From contig NC_057750.1 in assembly GCF_004010195.1 (NCBI RefSeq), positions 10,832,601 to 10,896,600 on the forward strand: a stretch of DNA of 64,000 nt. Reading direction: 5' to 3'. Shown here piece after piece: positions 39,500 to 52,335 of this stretch. The stretch comes from Chiloscyllium plagiosum. Taxonomy: Eukaryota. The translations under genes were made by a program, and so were the position numbers. Position 1 is the first letter of the stretch, and each line of letters opens with the position of its first letter. Below the pieces are notes generated by a model. It searched no databases. It saw nothing but the letters and a program-made list of their open reading frames with translations, and was not told where the DNA came from.

Positions 39500-39880
39500 C
39501 ATAGAAACCTATAAAATTCTAACAGGACTAGACAGGTAAAGGCAGGAAGGATGTTCCCGATGACTAGGGAGTCCAGAACCAGGGTCATAGTCTGAGGTTA
39601 TGGAGTAAGCCATTTCAGACTGAAATGAGGAGAAATTCCTTCATCCAGAGAGTGGGGAGCCTGTGGAATTCTCTGCCACAGAAAGTAGTTGATGCCAAAA
39701 CATTGAATATTTTTAAAGAATGAATTAAGTATATTTCTTACGGCTAAAGGGTTCAAAGGGTACTGGGAGAAAGCAGGAACAGGATACTGAGTTGTATGAT
39801 TAGCCATAATCATATATAATGGTGGAGCAGGCTCAAAGGGCCACTGGCTCCAATTGCTCCCAATACTATGTTTCTGTGTT
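39500..39880 (+). mobile_element. CR1 LINE 3' fragment
   Basis: gagtccagaaccagggtcatagtct...tggaattctctgccacagaaag...ggtggagcaggctcaaaggg. Confidence 0.75.
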
Positions 39881-40324
39881 TAAATGAACACGTTTCCTCC
39901 ACGGTGGCTTCTTCAGCATCTGCACTTACCCAGCAGAGAAAAACTGAACTTCCAGATGATCCAATGGGCAAACAGTGCATTTGAAGCTGAGTCTCAGAGA
40001 TCAAAAGGCAACAGCCGCTCCTGCTGTTTAAGATACCTGGTACAGAAAAGGTCACAGAGTCTACGGTCCTGTCCCTGATCTTGATACTGTTTGGTTTCAT
40101 TCCCTTTGAAACCAAATTTCAATGTAACCACGAACAAGTTGGCCTCATTGCTTGCTTATGAGATTCTAATCACAGGGCCCGTTGCCGGAAACTGAAGCAG
40201 CCACAGGTACAAAGTGCATTAACAAAGGTAGAGAGCAAATACCATGAGCATTCAATCCTCTGCCAACTTTGGGAAGACTGGAAAAAACCCCATGCCCCAT
40301 GTAGAAACAGGCCAATCTGTAAGC

Positions 40325-41512
40325 CCTTATTAAAGGTAAAGCGGTTGATGTGGTGTATGTGGATGTCAGTCTGGGGTTTGATAAGGTTCCCCAGAGTAGG
40401 CTATTGCACAAAATATGGAGGCATGGGATTGAGGGTGATTTAACTGTTTGATTCAGATATTAGCCAGCTGAAAGAAGATGGTGGTTGATGGGAAATATTC
40501 ATCCTGGAGTTCAGTTACTAGTGGGGTACTGCAAGGATCTGTTTTGGGTCCACTGCTGTTGTCATTTATATAAGTGACATGGATGAGAGCATAGAAGAAT
40601 GGGTTAGTAAATTTGCAGATGATACTAAGGTCGGTGAAGTTGTGGATAGTGCTGAAGGATGTTGCAGGTTACAGAGGTTCATAGATAAGCTGCAGAAGTG
40701 AGCTGAGATATAGCAAACGGAGTTTAATGTGGCAAAGTGTGGAGTGATTCACTTTGGAAGGAGCAACAGGAAGAAAGAGCACTGGGCTAGTGGTAAGATT
40801 CTTGGTAGTGTAGATTAACAGAGACATCTCGGTGTCCAGGTACATAGATCCTTGAAAGTTGCCACTCAGGTTGATAGGTTGTTAAGAAAGCATACGGTGA
40901 GTTAGCTTTTATTGGTAGAGGGAATGAGTTTCAAAGCATGAGATCATGCTGCAGCTATACAAAACTCTGGTGCAGCCACATTTGGAGTATTGTGTACAGT
41001 TCTGGTCACTGCATGATAGGAAGAACGTGGAAGTTTTGGAAAGGGTTCAGAGGAGATTTATTAGGATGTTGCCTGGTATGGAGGGAAGTCTTACGAGGAA
41101 AGGCTGAGGGAATTGTGATTGTTTTCATTAGAGAGAAGAAGGTTGAGAGGTGACTTAATTGACAAATATAAGATAATCAGAGGGTTAGATAGGGTGGGCA
41201 GTGGGAACCCTTTTCTTCAAATGGTGATGGCTAGCACGAAGGGACATAGCTTTAAATTGAGGGGTGATAGATATTGGACACATGTCAGAGGTAGTTTCTT
41301 TACTCAGAGTAGTGGGGGCATGGAACACACTGCCTGCAACAGGAGTAGATTCTCCAACTTTAAGGGCATTTACATGGTCATTGGATAGGCATTTGGATGA
41401 GAATGGAATAGTGTAGGTTAGATGGGCTTCTGATTGGTTTCACAGGTCAGTGCAAGATCGAGGGCCGAAGGGCCTGTACTGCGCTGTAATGTTCTATGTT
41501 CTATATTCTATG
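40325..41512 (+). mobile_element. CR1 LINE, RT core to 3' end, decayed
   Basis: Translates to KAVDVVY..FDKVP, GVLQGSVLGPLL and KFADDTK; ends in a (ttctatg)n tail. Confidence 0.9.
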
Positions 41513-42059
41513 TTGTGTTAGCTAGTCAGCCGCTCCCAAAGACTAAACCAGCGTGAGGTGGGACACTATTGCCAAATTCGGCAGCAGTTGAGAGTAGCTA
41601 CTGTGAGTGCAACACATGGGTCTGACAGTAGAGAGGGAGGCCCCTCGTTCATCAGACTCTGGTCAGGTTCCAACCTGTCCCTCATTCAGAGTTCTCAACA
41701 CAGAGAGAGCTGAAGGGAAGGTCCCAGGGATCATTATATCACTCAGAAGGTAAATAAGACAAACTGTGACTCAGATAATAATCCTCTATTGGAACCTGAG
41801 TGATGAGCAGCAATAGCCAGGGGCAGTGGAAAATTCATTGCCATGTGTATGTACACCTCACTGTCAGCATCTCTGTGTAAAATCACACAATGAAAGTAAG
41901 AGAACAATTCACTCTGTCTGATATAGTATAGCCCAAGTGTGAGCTCCTGCAGAGCACCTAGCAGGAGAAACAAACAATTCACAAAATCACACAAGTATTA
42001 CAGTGCAAAAGGAAGCCATTCTGCCTGCAACCGATTGTTAAATGAGCATCATTACCTAT

Positions 42060-42410
42060 GAGGGGCACGGATATGGTGAATAGCCAAGGTCTTTTCCCCA
42101 AGGTAGGAGAGTCCAAACTAAAGGGCATAGGTTTAAGGTGAGAGGGGGAATATATAAAAGTGACCTAAGGGGCAACTTTTTTTTACACAGAGAGTGCTGC
42201 GTATATGGAATGAACGGACAGAGCAAGTGGTGGAGGCTGGTTTAATTATAATAATTACAAGGTATCTGGATGAGTATTTGGATAGAAAGGGTTTAGAGGG
42301 ATATGGGCCAAATGCTGCCAAATGGGACTAGATTAATTTAGGATATCTGGTCGGCATGGATGAGTTGGACCGAAGAAGCTGTTCCCATGCTATACATCTC
42401 TAGACTCTAA
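42060..42410 (+). mobile_element. CR1 LINE 3' fragment
   Basis: Near-identical to 28790-29130 and 1-165. Confidence 0.8.
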
Positions 42411-43404
42411 TGCCAATCTCCTGCTTTATCCCCCACCACACCTTTGCACATTATTTTTATCCAAGTAATCATCCAGTGCTGTCTTGAATGCCTCAATTGA
42501 ATCTGCCTCCACCATATTTCCAGGCAGTGCATTGCATAGTCTAACTATATGCTGTGCAAAAATTTTTTTTAAACTCAACTCTTCCTTCATTTGCACACCA
42601 TTTTAAATGTGATTTAAAGGCAAACCACTGATGTATTTCTTGTTTATTAACCTTGACTCACTATCATCTGACACAATATGCTCCATATATGACTCCCTGT
42701 CAGCTTTCTTCCTCCGTATTCTTTGATTGGATGCAGGCTTCATCAACAAGGCCAGCATTTGTTGCCCACCTCTCAGCTGAATGGCTTGCTAGCCCGTTTT
42801 AGAGGGTAGTTAAGACTCAACCATGTTGCTCTGCATCTGGAGTCACATGTAGGCAGATTTCCTTCCCTGAAGAACATTAGTGAACCACACAATTAAGGAT
42901 TGTTTCACAGATACTATTAAGACCACAATCATGAGAGATGTTGGAGCAGGAGTAGGCCATTCGGCCCCTGGAGCCTGCTCCAGCATTCTATAGGATCATG
43001 GCTTTTACTTCCAAATTTAAGAAGTGAATTTAAATTCCACCAGCTGCTGTGATCGGTTTTGAATCCATGTTCTTCACCCCCCCACCACCCACAAAAGCTT
43101 CAGCCTGGGCCTCTGGATCAGCAGTCCAATGACAATACCACTCCACCAGCTCCTGACCCTGTACAACACGCAGCAGGTAAACAGGTCTGACTTGCTCCTG
43201 TCCCGTGCATACAGCGCTTGAGTGTCTCAATGTCAACTCCTACACAACGCACTGACAGTAAAAGGGAGTCACTCACTCCACTTCAGTATTTACTGCTTCC
43301 ACTGCAGTCTGACCCTGACAATGTTTCATGTTCACGGCACAGTAAAGAGATGACAGACTTTCCATGATTCCTGTACAGCACACGCGAACATCCCTGGGAT
43401 TTAC

Positions 43405-43550
43405 CTGATAAAGTTCCACCCGCTGTTCTGAAACATCTGCTACATCCCGGGGCATTCGATACAGTCGGAACTCAGCTCGGTGCAGGGAGTATTCACTGGA
43501 AATATTCAACGAAATGTTGAACTGGTAGATTTTGTGAAAAGAGTCAGCAT
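43405..43550 (-). CDS. TGFB1: TGF-beta1 coding exon 2 (LAP)
   Basis: Acceptor tttcatgtag|AT and donor TATCAG|GTAAAT; 146 nt. Reads (D)ADSFHKIYQFNISLNISSEYSLHRAEFRLYRMPRDVADVSEQRVELYQ, with FN.S, RAE.RL and QRVELYQ typical of TGF-beta LAP. In frame with exon 1. Confidence 0.93.
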
Positions 43551-45264
43551 CTACATGAAAGCACAGTGAGCAGGTCAGCAAAATATCCAAATAATAACAT
43601 ATCTGTAGCTATGTTGCCCATTCAATATAATAGGTTAAATAACCGGTCGAAACACAAATCTTGTCCAGGTGGAGCAGTCTAGGTACAGCTCACAGTTTGT
43701 TACAGCGTGAAGCTTCTTCTACACTGTCCCCATCAAACACTCCCAAGACAGGTACAGCATGGGGTTAGATACAGTGTAAAACTACCTCTACACTGTTACC
43801 ATTAAACACTTCCAGGACAGGTACAACATAATATTAGATCCAGAGTAAAGCTCCTTCTCCACCTTTAAATTTTAAGTGAAGCTGCCTCTACATGTCCCCA
43901 TCAAACACTCCCAGGAGAAGTTCAACAAAGGGTTAGATATTCAATAAGTGGCTGTGAGTGGAGTTTGTGAGAATGGGGTGTGGACCCTGTCAAAGCGAGA
44001 TTCGGGGCCTGTTACAGTGAAGGAGCTGTTACAGCTCTAATAACAGAGCCAGAATTCCATAGTGAACAATACTACCTTAGAGGTCAAGGCTCCACTCGAG
44101 ATCCTGACCCCCCACTTCAGGAAACCCTGCTGTTCATACATCAACATTGTGGATTTGGAAAGATGTTTCCACTTAAGAGAGGATATAGAACTAGGGGTCA
44201 CTGTTTTGAAAATAAGGGGTCACCAAATTAAAACAGAAATGTGAATTACTTTCTCACAGAGGATTGTTGGATCTCTTTTCCACAAAACAATAGAAGCAGA
44301 CTCTGAATACTTTTAAGGCAAACATGGGTACATTATTGATAAGCAGGCGGTGAAAGGTTATTGGGGGTAGGTGGGAACGTGGAGTAATCAGATCAGCTCG
44401 GATCTTATTGAACAGCTGAGCAGTTTCAAGCAATCAAGTAGCCTATACCTACTAATCTGTAAAAACCTCTGACATGCTCTCCTAATTTATGTGCTAACTT
44501 GAAAACAAAATATTGAAGAATGAGTTGGATGGTTTTTGTGGGAGAGGCCCCAACATTAGCATTGTCAAGCAAAAGGTCTCTCTCTGTGTACTGCACATTC
44601 GAAATGAAAGCCTTGTTTCCTGTGCTTCCGAACACTCAGTGAAAGGGGAATAGCTGTGGATGATAAACCAAGTGCTGTTTCTTTTTTAGCCCCCTCTTTG
44701 AAACAGGAAGCAGAGTAACGTATGATAACTTTGAGAGGCCCAGCTGTGTGTGGCTTTTGAGAGCCTGAATACTCAGGGCACATTTCTCTCACACGTCTGC
44801 TGGCAAGGCAATGAAAGCAGGGAACAATGAGTTGAATTGAGGATCAGAAATGGAAATACCCAATGATTAAACACTCCAGTCACTTTATGACAGCTCAATT
44901 AAAAAAAAACACAAGTTTCTCAATCCCCAAATCTCCTCTGAGGACATGACTATGGAGAATAACTTCAAATTTACAACTCATGGTGAAGCCAATGCCCAAC
45001 TGGTCTGTGACAGTCTTCATCCTCCACATGAGCCCATGCAACAAGGATTCTTAAGGTACTTGACAAGTTAGGCACTAAGGTGTTGTTCCCTCATGGCTGG
45101 GAAATCTGGAACAAGAGACAGGGAGGCCATAATCTCAGGAGGGGAGATGAGGCAATGTCACTGGACTGGTTACCTAGACACTAAAGCTCTGGAACTTGGG
45201 TTCAAATCCCACCACAGCAGCTGATGGAATTTAAATTCAATGAATAAATTTGGGATTTAAAGCA

Positions 45265-45950
45265 AGCTTCAATAATGCTGGTTATGACAGCTGTCATCGA
45301 TGGTTGAAAAAATCCAACTCACTCCACTAACGGCTTTTGAGGGTACTAATTTACTGTGCTTACCCAGTCCGGTCTGTACATGACTCCAGACCTGCAAAAA
45401 TGTGGGTGACTCTTGACTGCCCTGTGAAATGATCAAGCAAGTGGCACGGTGGTTCGCACTGCTGCCTCACAGTGCCAGGGACACACGTTCGATTCCCGCC
45501 TCGTCAACTGTCTGTGTGGAGTTTGCACATTTCCCCGTGTCTGTGTGGGTTTCCTCCCACAATCCAAAGACGTGCAGGTCAGTTGAATTGGCCATGCTAA
45601 GTTCTCCAGTGTTGAGCATATAAATGTGGGAATAGATAGCTCTTTGATCTCTTGAGGATTCAAGGTATATGGGCATGGGATGGAAATGTATTGTGACAGA
45701 GGATCAGTCATGATCATGTTGAATGGTGCAGATGGCTTTCAAAGTGGAGAGGGGGCCTCTTGTACTGAGTCACTTGCTTGACCATTTCACAGGGCAGACA
45801 AGAGTCACCTACATTTTTGCAGGTCCGGAGTCATGTACAGACTAGACTGGGTAAGCACAGCAAATTAGTACCCTTAAAAAGCCATTAGTGGAGTGAGATG
45901 GATTTTTTCAACCATTGATGACATCTGTCATAACCAGCATTATTGAAGCT
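45265..45950. repeat. ~180-bp inverted repeat (arms 45265-45443 and 45771-45950)
   Basis: The arms are reverse complements with few mismatches; the spacer contains a truncated V-SINE. Confidence 0.9.
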
Positions 45951-47679
45951 CACTTCAGTATCCTTAAATAATCTCAGCTGAGATAGGTATCAGATAGGTG
46001 ATGGTCCAGTGATATTGTTGCTAGACTATTAATCAGAAGACCCAAGTAATTTTCTGAGGACCTGGGTTGGAATCCTGCCGTGCAGATCATGGAATTTGAA
46101 TCCAATAATAATCTGGAAATAAGAACTTATTGATGACCATGAAACCATTGCCAATTGTCAGGATAAAGCCCTCTGGTTCACTAATGTTCTTTTGGGGAAT
46201 AAAATGTCATCCTTACCTGGTCTGACCTACATATGACTCTAGACCCATAGCAGTGTGCTGGACTCTTAACTGCCCTCTAGACAATTAGGGATCAGTAATA
46301 AATGCTGTGCAGTCAGGTACACCCACATCCCATTAATGAATAAATAAAAATTGGTGTGTACCAAGGGCCCTTTTGCACCATGGTAGTGATTGTAACATAT
46401 CCTTGGATAGAAAGCCCAGATTTAAGTCCCATTTGTTTTGGAAGTGTCTCTGAACAGGTTGATTAGAAAATATCTGGACCAGTGACCTAGTGAAACATCC
46501 CAAGTCATTACACAGCAGCATTAGCAAACATAGTTTTAGACACTGAGCCATGAAAGTTATTCTTAAGGCAGGCAGCAGTTGTTCTATTTTGTGGGGCATC
46601 TCAAAAGAAGTGGACTTCCAGACCTTATTCCCTCAGTCATTGAAGGCAGGGTCACCAATTGAACGAATGATGGAAAGCAGGAGTATGCAAGACGCCAGAG
46701 GGTACTTGCGCTAGAGGATGCTACAGGGAAAGAAGAGAAGCACTGAGACGATGCAGAGATTTGAAGACGAGGGTGATAATTTTCTGAAGTTGAGCCCTTG
46801 CAAGTCCAGAAACCAAAGCAGGTCAGTGACTAGATGGGTGGCAGGTGAAAGGATTTGTAGCGGCCAAATTAGGACATGGTCCGTCGAGTTTTTGATGTTG
46901 TCAAGATTATGGAAGATAGGAGACTGGCCAAAAGAAAATCCTTTACCCCACCTCTTCCTCATCTAATGTGGGGTGGGACCCAAAAGAATTCCTGTTTGTT
47001 CAACAATGGATGCCATACAAGCAGTATGACCAGACATCAGCAGTAGAGGGGACAAGAGAGATCTGGCGGTTAGGGAGAGAGATGTGTATATGGTACATGC
47101 CAAGGTTGACATTGTGTCAAATTTGAATTAATAATTACTCCTGTGCAGCTTGTTGGGCCACTATACAAATGCAAGCTATTGTTGTTGCTACTATGCAATT
47201 TCCCAAAATGATCTACTTCCCCTGTGGTAGCAAACAGGAGAAGTTTTCAGAAATAAAACCCAGAAGTTGTCACTCATTTACCAGCTGATTCATTGTCCTC
47301 CTGTTTTTGACTGGCCGCAGAACACAAACAGAAAATTCCAAGAGAATTTGCTGATTAGGAATTGCACCACTCCACCCCCCCACAACTTCTCAAAGTTAAA
47401 ATTTCCTGCCATTCAATACAAATACTTATGTATTCCACATTGGCCAATGACTCCAGGCAATTTTACAAAGATGCCTTTATACCTCCTCTTGGACTGTTAA
47501 TTCTCATGATTTTTCTAGATCAGTTCTCATTAATCTATAAATTAATCTATAAATTTCAAGAGGAACACCCATTCACAGCATGGGTTTGAGGTCAGCATTT
47601 CAAGGCCCTTCCCATGCCAAATCTGTAGTCTGTCCTGACATATTTAATGTAGCAGAGTTTGAGGAGGTAAAAACATTGC

Positions 47680-48200
47680 AGATAGGATGAGGAAGAGGTC
47701 ACTTGGCCCATCGAGCCCTCTCTACCATTCAATAAGATCATAGCTGATCTGGTTGTGGTCTCAGCTCCACCTTCCTGTCTTCATCCCCACCATAACCCTT
47801 GCCTTCATTGTCTATCAAAAATCTATCTCAGCCTTGAATAAATTCAATGACACAGCCTCCACTGCTGTCAGGGGAAGAGAGTTCCACAGACAGAGAATCC
47901 TCTGATGCAAATGAATCTCTCCTCATCTTCATTTTAAAAGTGAGGGCCTCTTCCTTGTAAATAGTGATTCCTTTGTTCCAGTCTCTCCCATGAGGGGATC
48001 CTCTCAATGTCCATCCTAGCGAGTCCCCTCAGGGTCATCTCGCTCTTCAAAACTCCATCAGATAAAGGTCCAATCTGCAAACCTTTTCCACAAGATAATC
48101 CCTTCATCTCAAGACTGAGCTGAGAGAACTTCCTCTGCACTGCTTCTAACACAATGATATCCTTTTCCAAATAAACATAAGCAAATAACACACAAGACAC
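47680..48200 (-). mobile_element. CR1 LINE 3' fragment
   Basis: YLEKDIIVLEAVQRKFSQL remnant. Confidence 0.75.
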
Positions 48201-49837
48201 TTTGCCTTTCAAACCATCCAAAACACTTTACAAGCAGCCAGTGAAGCCACATTTGGCAGATACTCACTGTTGTGATGTAGAACCTGTAGCAATTGATTTG
48301 CGCACAGCAAAATCCAACAAACAGCAAAGTGATAAACAGTTTTAGGAATGTCAGTTGATGGATAAGTATTGCTCAGGATAATTCTGTTTCACTTCACTTC
48401 CCCAAAGTTGTACAATTTGACAATCAGCTGAAATGGGGCCTACAGTTTGATGCATCAACCAAAGGGCAGCACCTCTGACAATGTAGTACTAGAGTGTTAC
48501 ATTGGATTCTGGACCCACAATCCTGTGACCCAATGTTGAAAGCACTACCCAACCAAGGAGGTGGCAGGGGGGAAGGAATTCCATTTTCATTCTGTGCCCT
48601 GGGACTAGAAGAAAGAAAAATCTGCCAGAGCTGTATAACTAGTTCTGGGCAAGCTGTGCGCCTGGATGTTTCATGGAGAAAGGAGCAGACTCAGTTTTTG
48701 TCTGCAGTTTTTGTGTCCGACGGAGGGGCCCTTGTGGCAGAGCAATAGTGTCATGCCTCTGAGCCAAGAGGCCCTCGGTTTAAACCCCACCTGCCCTTGA
48801 AGTACATAATACCATTTCTGAGAAGATTGTTTAGAAAATATCTATATGGTAATTTGTATACATTTTTAAAGCAAAATAAATGGCAGAAGAAACCAAGGGA
48901 CTCTTAGGGAAATCACAGGTAAATATGAATAGATAGGTCAGCCAAGATCTCATCAAATAACAGAGCAGACCTGAGGCACTGCTGGACCAATTCCTGCTCC
49001 TAAATCTCAAATGGGCAAGATGCCAGAAAGGCAGGTGGAATCGTAACCAAGCAAGTATGTGTGCCCAAACAACAGATGAGGAAATCGGTAGGGGAAAGCT
49101 CCCTGATCATTAAGGAACAGTCAGCGTCGATGGTCTGAATTCTTGGGGAACTCCTCATTGTGGGTGGGCAGAATATCAAGCAACATGAATTCCTTCAAGC
49201 GCTGAACTGTAATCTCCTCATGGACTGTCTTTGTTTCAGCAAATCCATCCACAAACATCCTCCAGTTAATTCAGATAATGTGACTCATCAGTGACTTCAA
49301 AGCAACTTTGGAATTTGCAGGACAAGGTCAACCTAGCTGCTGTTCTCCTGTACTGATGGCCACGTGATAAACGGCTCAGTGATCATACAATTTAGCAATC
49401 AGTCGACAAAAAACAGAAGACGTGAGGTGGGAAAAGTCCCAGTGGAGGGGAACTTTTGGGAAAGTTTGTTCCAAAATTACCTGTTCCTCCTCTGTGCACC
49501 CTCCACAAATTACACATCTCAAATTACTTAAATACTGTCCCAAAGTATTTCACCCGAAAATAAGGTGTTAAACTAGGATTAACACAGCAAATGCAGGAAA
49601 AACTCTGCAGCTCTGGCCACGTCTTGTGGCTCAGTTCTGAAGAATGACATCAGCCTTGAAATATTAATTCTATTTCTCACTCCACAGATACTGCCAGACC
49701 TGCTGAGTTTCTCCAGCTTTTTTTTTAATTTCAGGTCTCCAGCATCTGTGTTAATGTAACTGTGATCCTATCTACACTTCCAGTTGTATGGATGAGGGAG
49801 AACGAGTAGGGATATTCACTCTACACTCCTCTACAAA

Positions 49838-51005
49838 GGGTTAGCACTGCTGCCTCACAGCGCCAGGGACCTGGGTTCAATTCCAGCTGCAGGCGACTAT
49901 TTGTGTGGAGTTGCACATTCTCCCCTTGTCTGTGTGGGTTTCCTCCAGGTGCTCTAGCTTCCTCCCACAGTCCAAAGATGTGCAGGTTAAGGTGGATTGG
50001 CCATGCTAAATTGCCCATGGTGTTCAGGGATGTGCAAGTTAGGTGGTTCAGCCATGGGAAATGTAGGGTTACAGGGATAGAGTAAGGGAATGCGTCTGGG
50101 TGGGATGCTGTCCGGAGAGTGTGTGTTGACTTGTTGGGCCAAATAACCTGTTTCCACACTGTAGGGAGGCTGTCCTCTGGTCAATCACAACTCATGTGGT
50201 CCTTTATTACATTTGCTGCTTGATTAGATTAGATTCCCTACAGTGTGCAAACAGGCCCTTTGGCCCAACCAGTCTACACCGACTCTCCGAAGAGTAACCC
50301 ACCCAGACCCATTTACCTCGGACTAATGCTCTAACACTATGGGCAATTTACCATGGCCAATTCACCTGACTTGCTCATCTTTGGATTGTGGGAGGAAACC
50401 CACGCAGACACAGGGAGAATGTGCAAACTCCACACAGACAGTTGCCCAAGGCTGGAATCGAACCTGGAACCCTGGTGCTGTGAGGCAACAGTGCTAACTA
50501 CTGAGCCACCATGCCACTTTTGGGATCTTACTGTGCATTTTTTAAAATTAAAGTTTTTGAAAAAAAAAATAGGGTGCACAATTCTAAAGGGCTTGCAAGG
50601 ACAAAGGGATCTGGCTGTATATGTGCACAGATCATTCTTAAGACAGGATAGTGTTCTCAAATAAAAGCAAAGTCTAGGAGCCGGTATGATGGCTCAGTGG
50701 TTAATACTGCTACCTCACAGCGCCAGGGACCTGGGTTCGATTCCAGCCTTTGTGTAGAGTTTACACATTCTCCCCGTATCTGCGTGGGTTTCCTCTGGGT
50801 GCTCTGATTTCCTCCCACAATCCAAAGATGTACAGGTTAGATGGATAGCCATGCTAAATTACCCATAGTATCCAGGCTAGGTGGATTAGCCATGGGAAAT
50901 GAAGAGTTACAGGATTGGGTGATGTGAGTGGGATACTCTTCAGAGAATCAGTGTGGACACAATAGGCTGAATGGCCTGCTTCCACATTGCAGAGATTCTG
51001 TGATT
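49838..51005. mobile_element. Three HE1-like V-SINEs: + (49838-50165), - (50222-50517), + (50682-51005)
   Basis: Each shows the tRNA-like head, cctcccaca.tccaaagatg V-domain and CR1-like tail. Confidence 0.85.
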
Positions 51006-51139
51006 CAAAATACTTAGGATGCTGGAAATTTGAAACAAACACAGAGTACACCAGACAAACTCAGCAGATCTGGTAATATCTGTGGAGAGAAATCCAGTTA
51101 ACGTTTTGAGTTGGATATGACTGTTCTTCAGAACTATGG

Positions 51140-51750
51140 TGTTCTCAGCTCACTCATAGGGGCAATGGAGTATAATAGTAAGGAGATGATGTTGAACTTG
51201 TAAAAGATCCTCATTAGTCCTCAGCTGGAGTATTGTGCACAGTTGCGGGTGCCACAGTATGAGAAAGATGTGAATGCATTAGACAAAGTCCAGAAGAGGT
51301 CTACAAGAATGGTTCCAGGAACGGGAAGCTTCAGTTATGAAGATAGATTGAAGAAATTGGGACTGTTGGAGAGAAGACAGAGAGGAGTTTCAACAGAATT
51401 TTTCAAAATCATTAGCAAGCTGGACAGAGTAGAGAAGGAGATGTTACCACTCATAAAAGGAAAAAAAAAGAATGAGACAGCATAGATTTAAAGTGATGTG
51501 CAAACAAAACAAGGATGATGTGAAAAACTCTTTTTTCAGTCAGCCATAGTTAGGGTTTGGAATGCATTGCCTGGAAATGTGGTGTAGGCAGATTTAATTG
51601 AGGCATTCAAGGCAGCATTGGATGATAACTTGAATAGAAATGGTATTCAGGGATATGGGGAAAAGGCAGGAAATTGGCATGAGGTAACAGAATCAGTGCA
51701 GACACAATGGGCTGAATGGCCTCCTTCAGTGTCATAACAATTCTTTCATT
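51140..51750 (+). mobile_element. CR1 LINE 3' fragment
   Basis: EKDVNALDKVQKRSTRMVPG..SYEDRLKKLGL. Confidence 0.8.
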
Positions 51751-52025
51751 CTGTGCAGATTCCCTGATATTCTAACGGTGGATGTTCTTCTTAAAAGCCT
51801 TTTGTTGACTCAGGAGCACTTTGGGACAGCCTAGTGTCATGGCAGGCGCTATGTTAACTCCATATCTGGCTAACACCATATCTGTTGGGAATATAGAAAT
51901 GGGAATCAAAGTGGAGTTGAGGTAGATTGTTACAGAATAGTGGAGGAGGTCGAATGGCCTACTCCAGTTCCTGAGACCGCCATCTTTTTCTCACACAATG
52001 AACCCAGATTTAGTGCAATATTACT

Positions 52026-52335
52026 GGGCGGCACGGTGGCACAATGGTTAGCACTGCTGCCTCACAGCGCCTGAGACCCGGGTTCAATTCCCCCCTCAGG
52101 CGACTGACTGTGTGGAGTTTGCACGTTCTCCCCGTGTCTGCGTGGGTTTCCTCCGGGTGCTCCGGTTTCCTCCCACAGTCCAAAGATGTGCAGGTCAGGT
52201 GAATTGGCCATGCTAAATTGTCCGTAGTGTTAGGTAAGGGGTAAATGTAGGGGTATGGGTGGGTTACGCTTCGGCGGGTCGGTGTGGACTTGTTGGGCCG
52301 AAGGGCCTGTTTCCACTCTGTAATGTAATCTAATC
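52026..52335 (+). mobile_element. Well-preserved HE1-like V-SINE
   Basis: Retains many CpGs; A-box-like ggcacaatggttagc and B-box ggttcaattcc; V-domain; tail gccgaagggcctgtttccactctgtaatgtaatctaatc. Confidence 0.9.

Noticed and set aside
52026..52100. tRNA gene
   Set aside because: The A/B-box region runs straight into a V-domain and LINE-like tail, so it is a SINE head.
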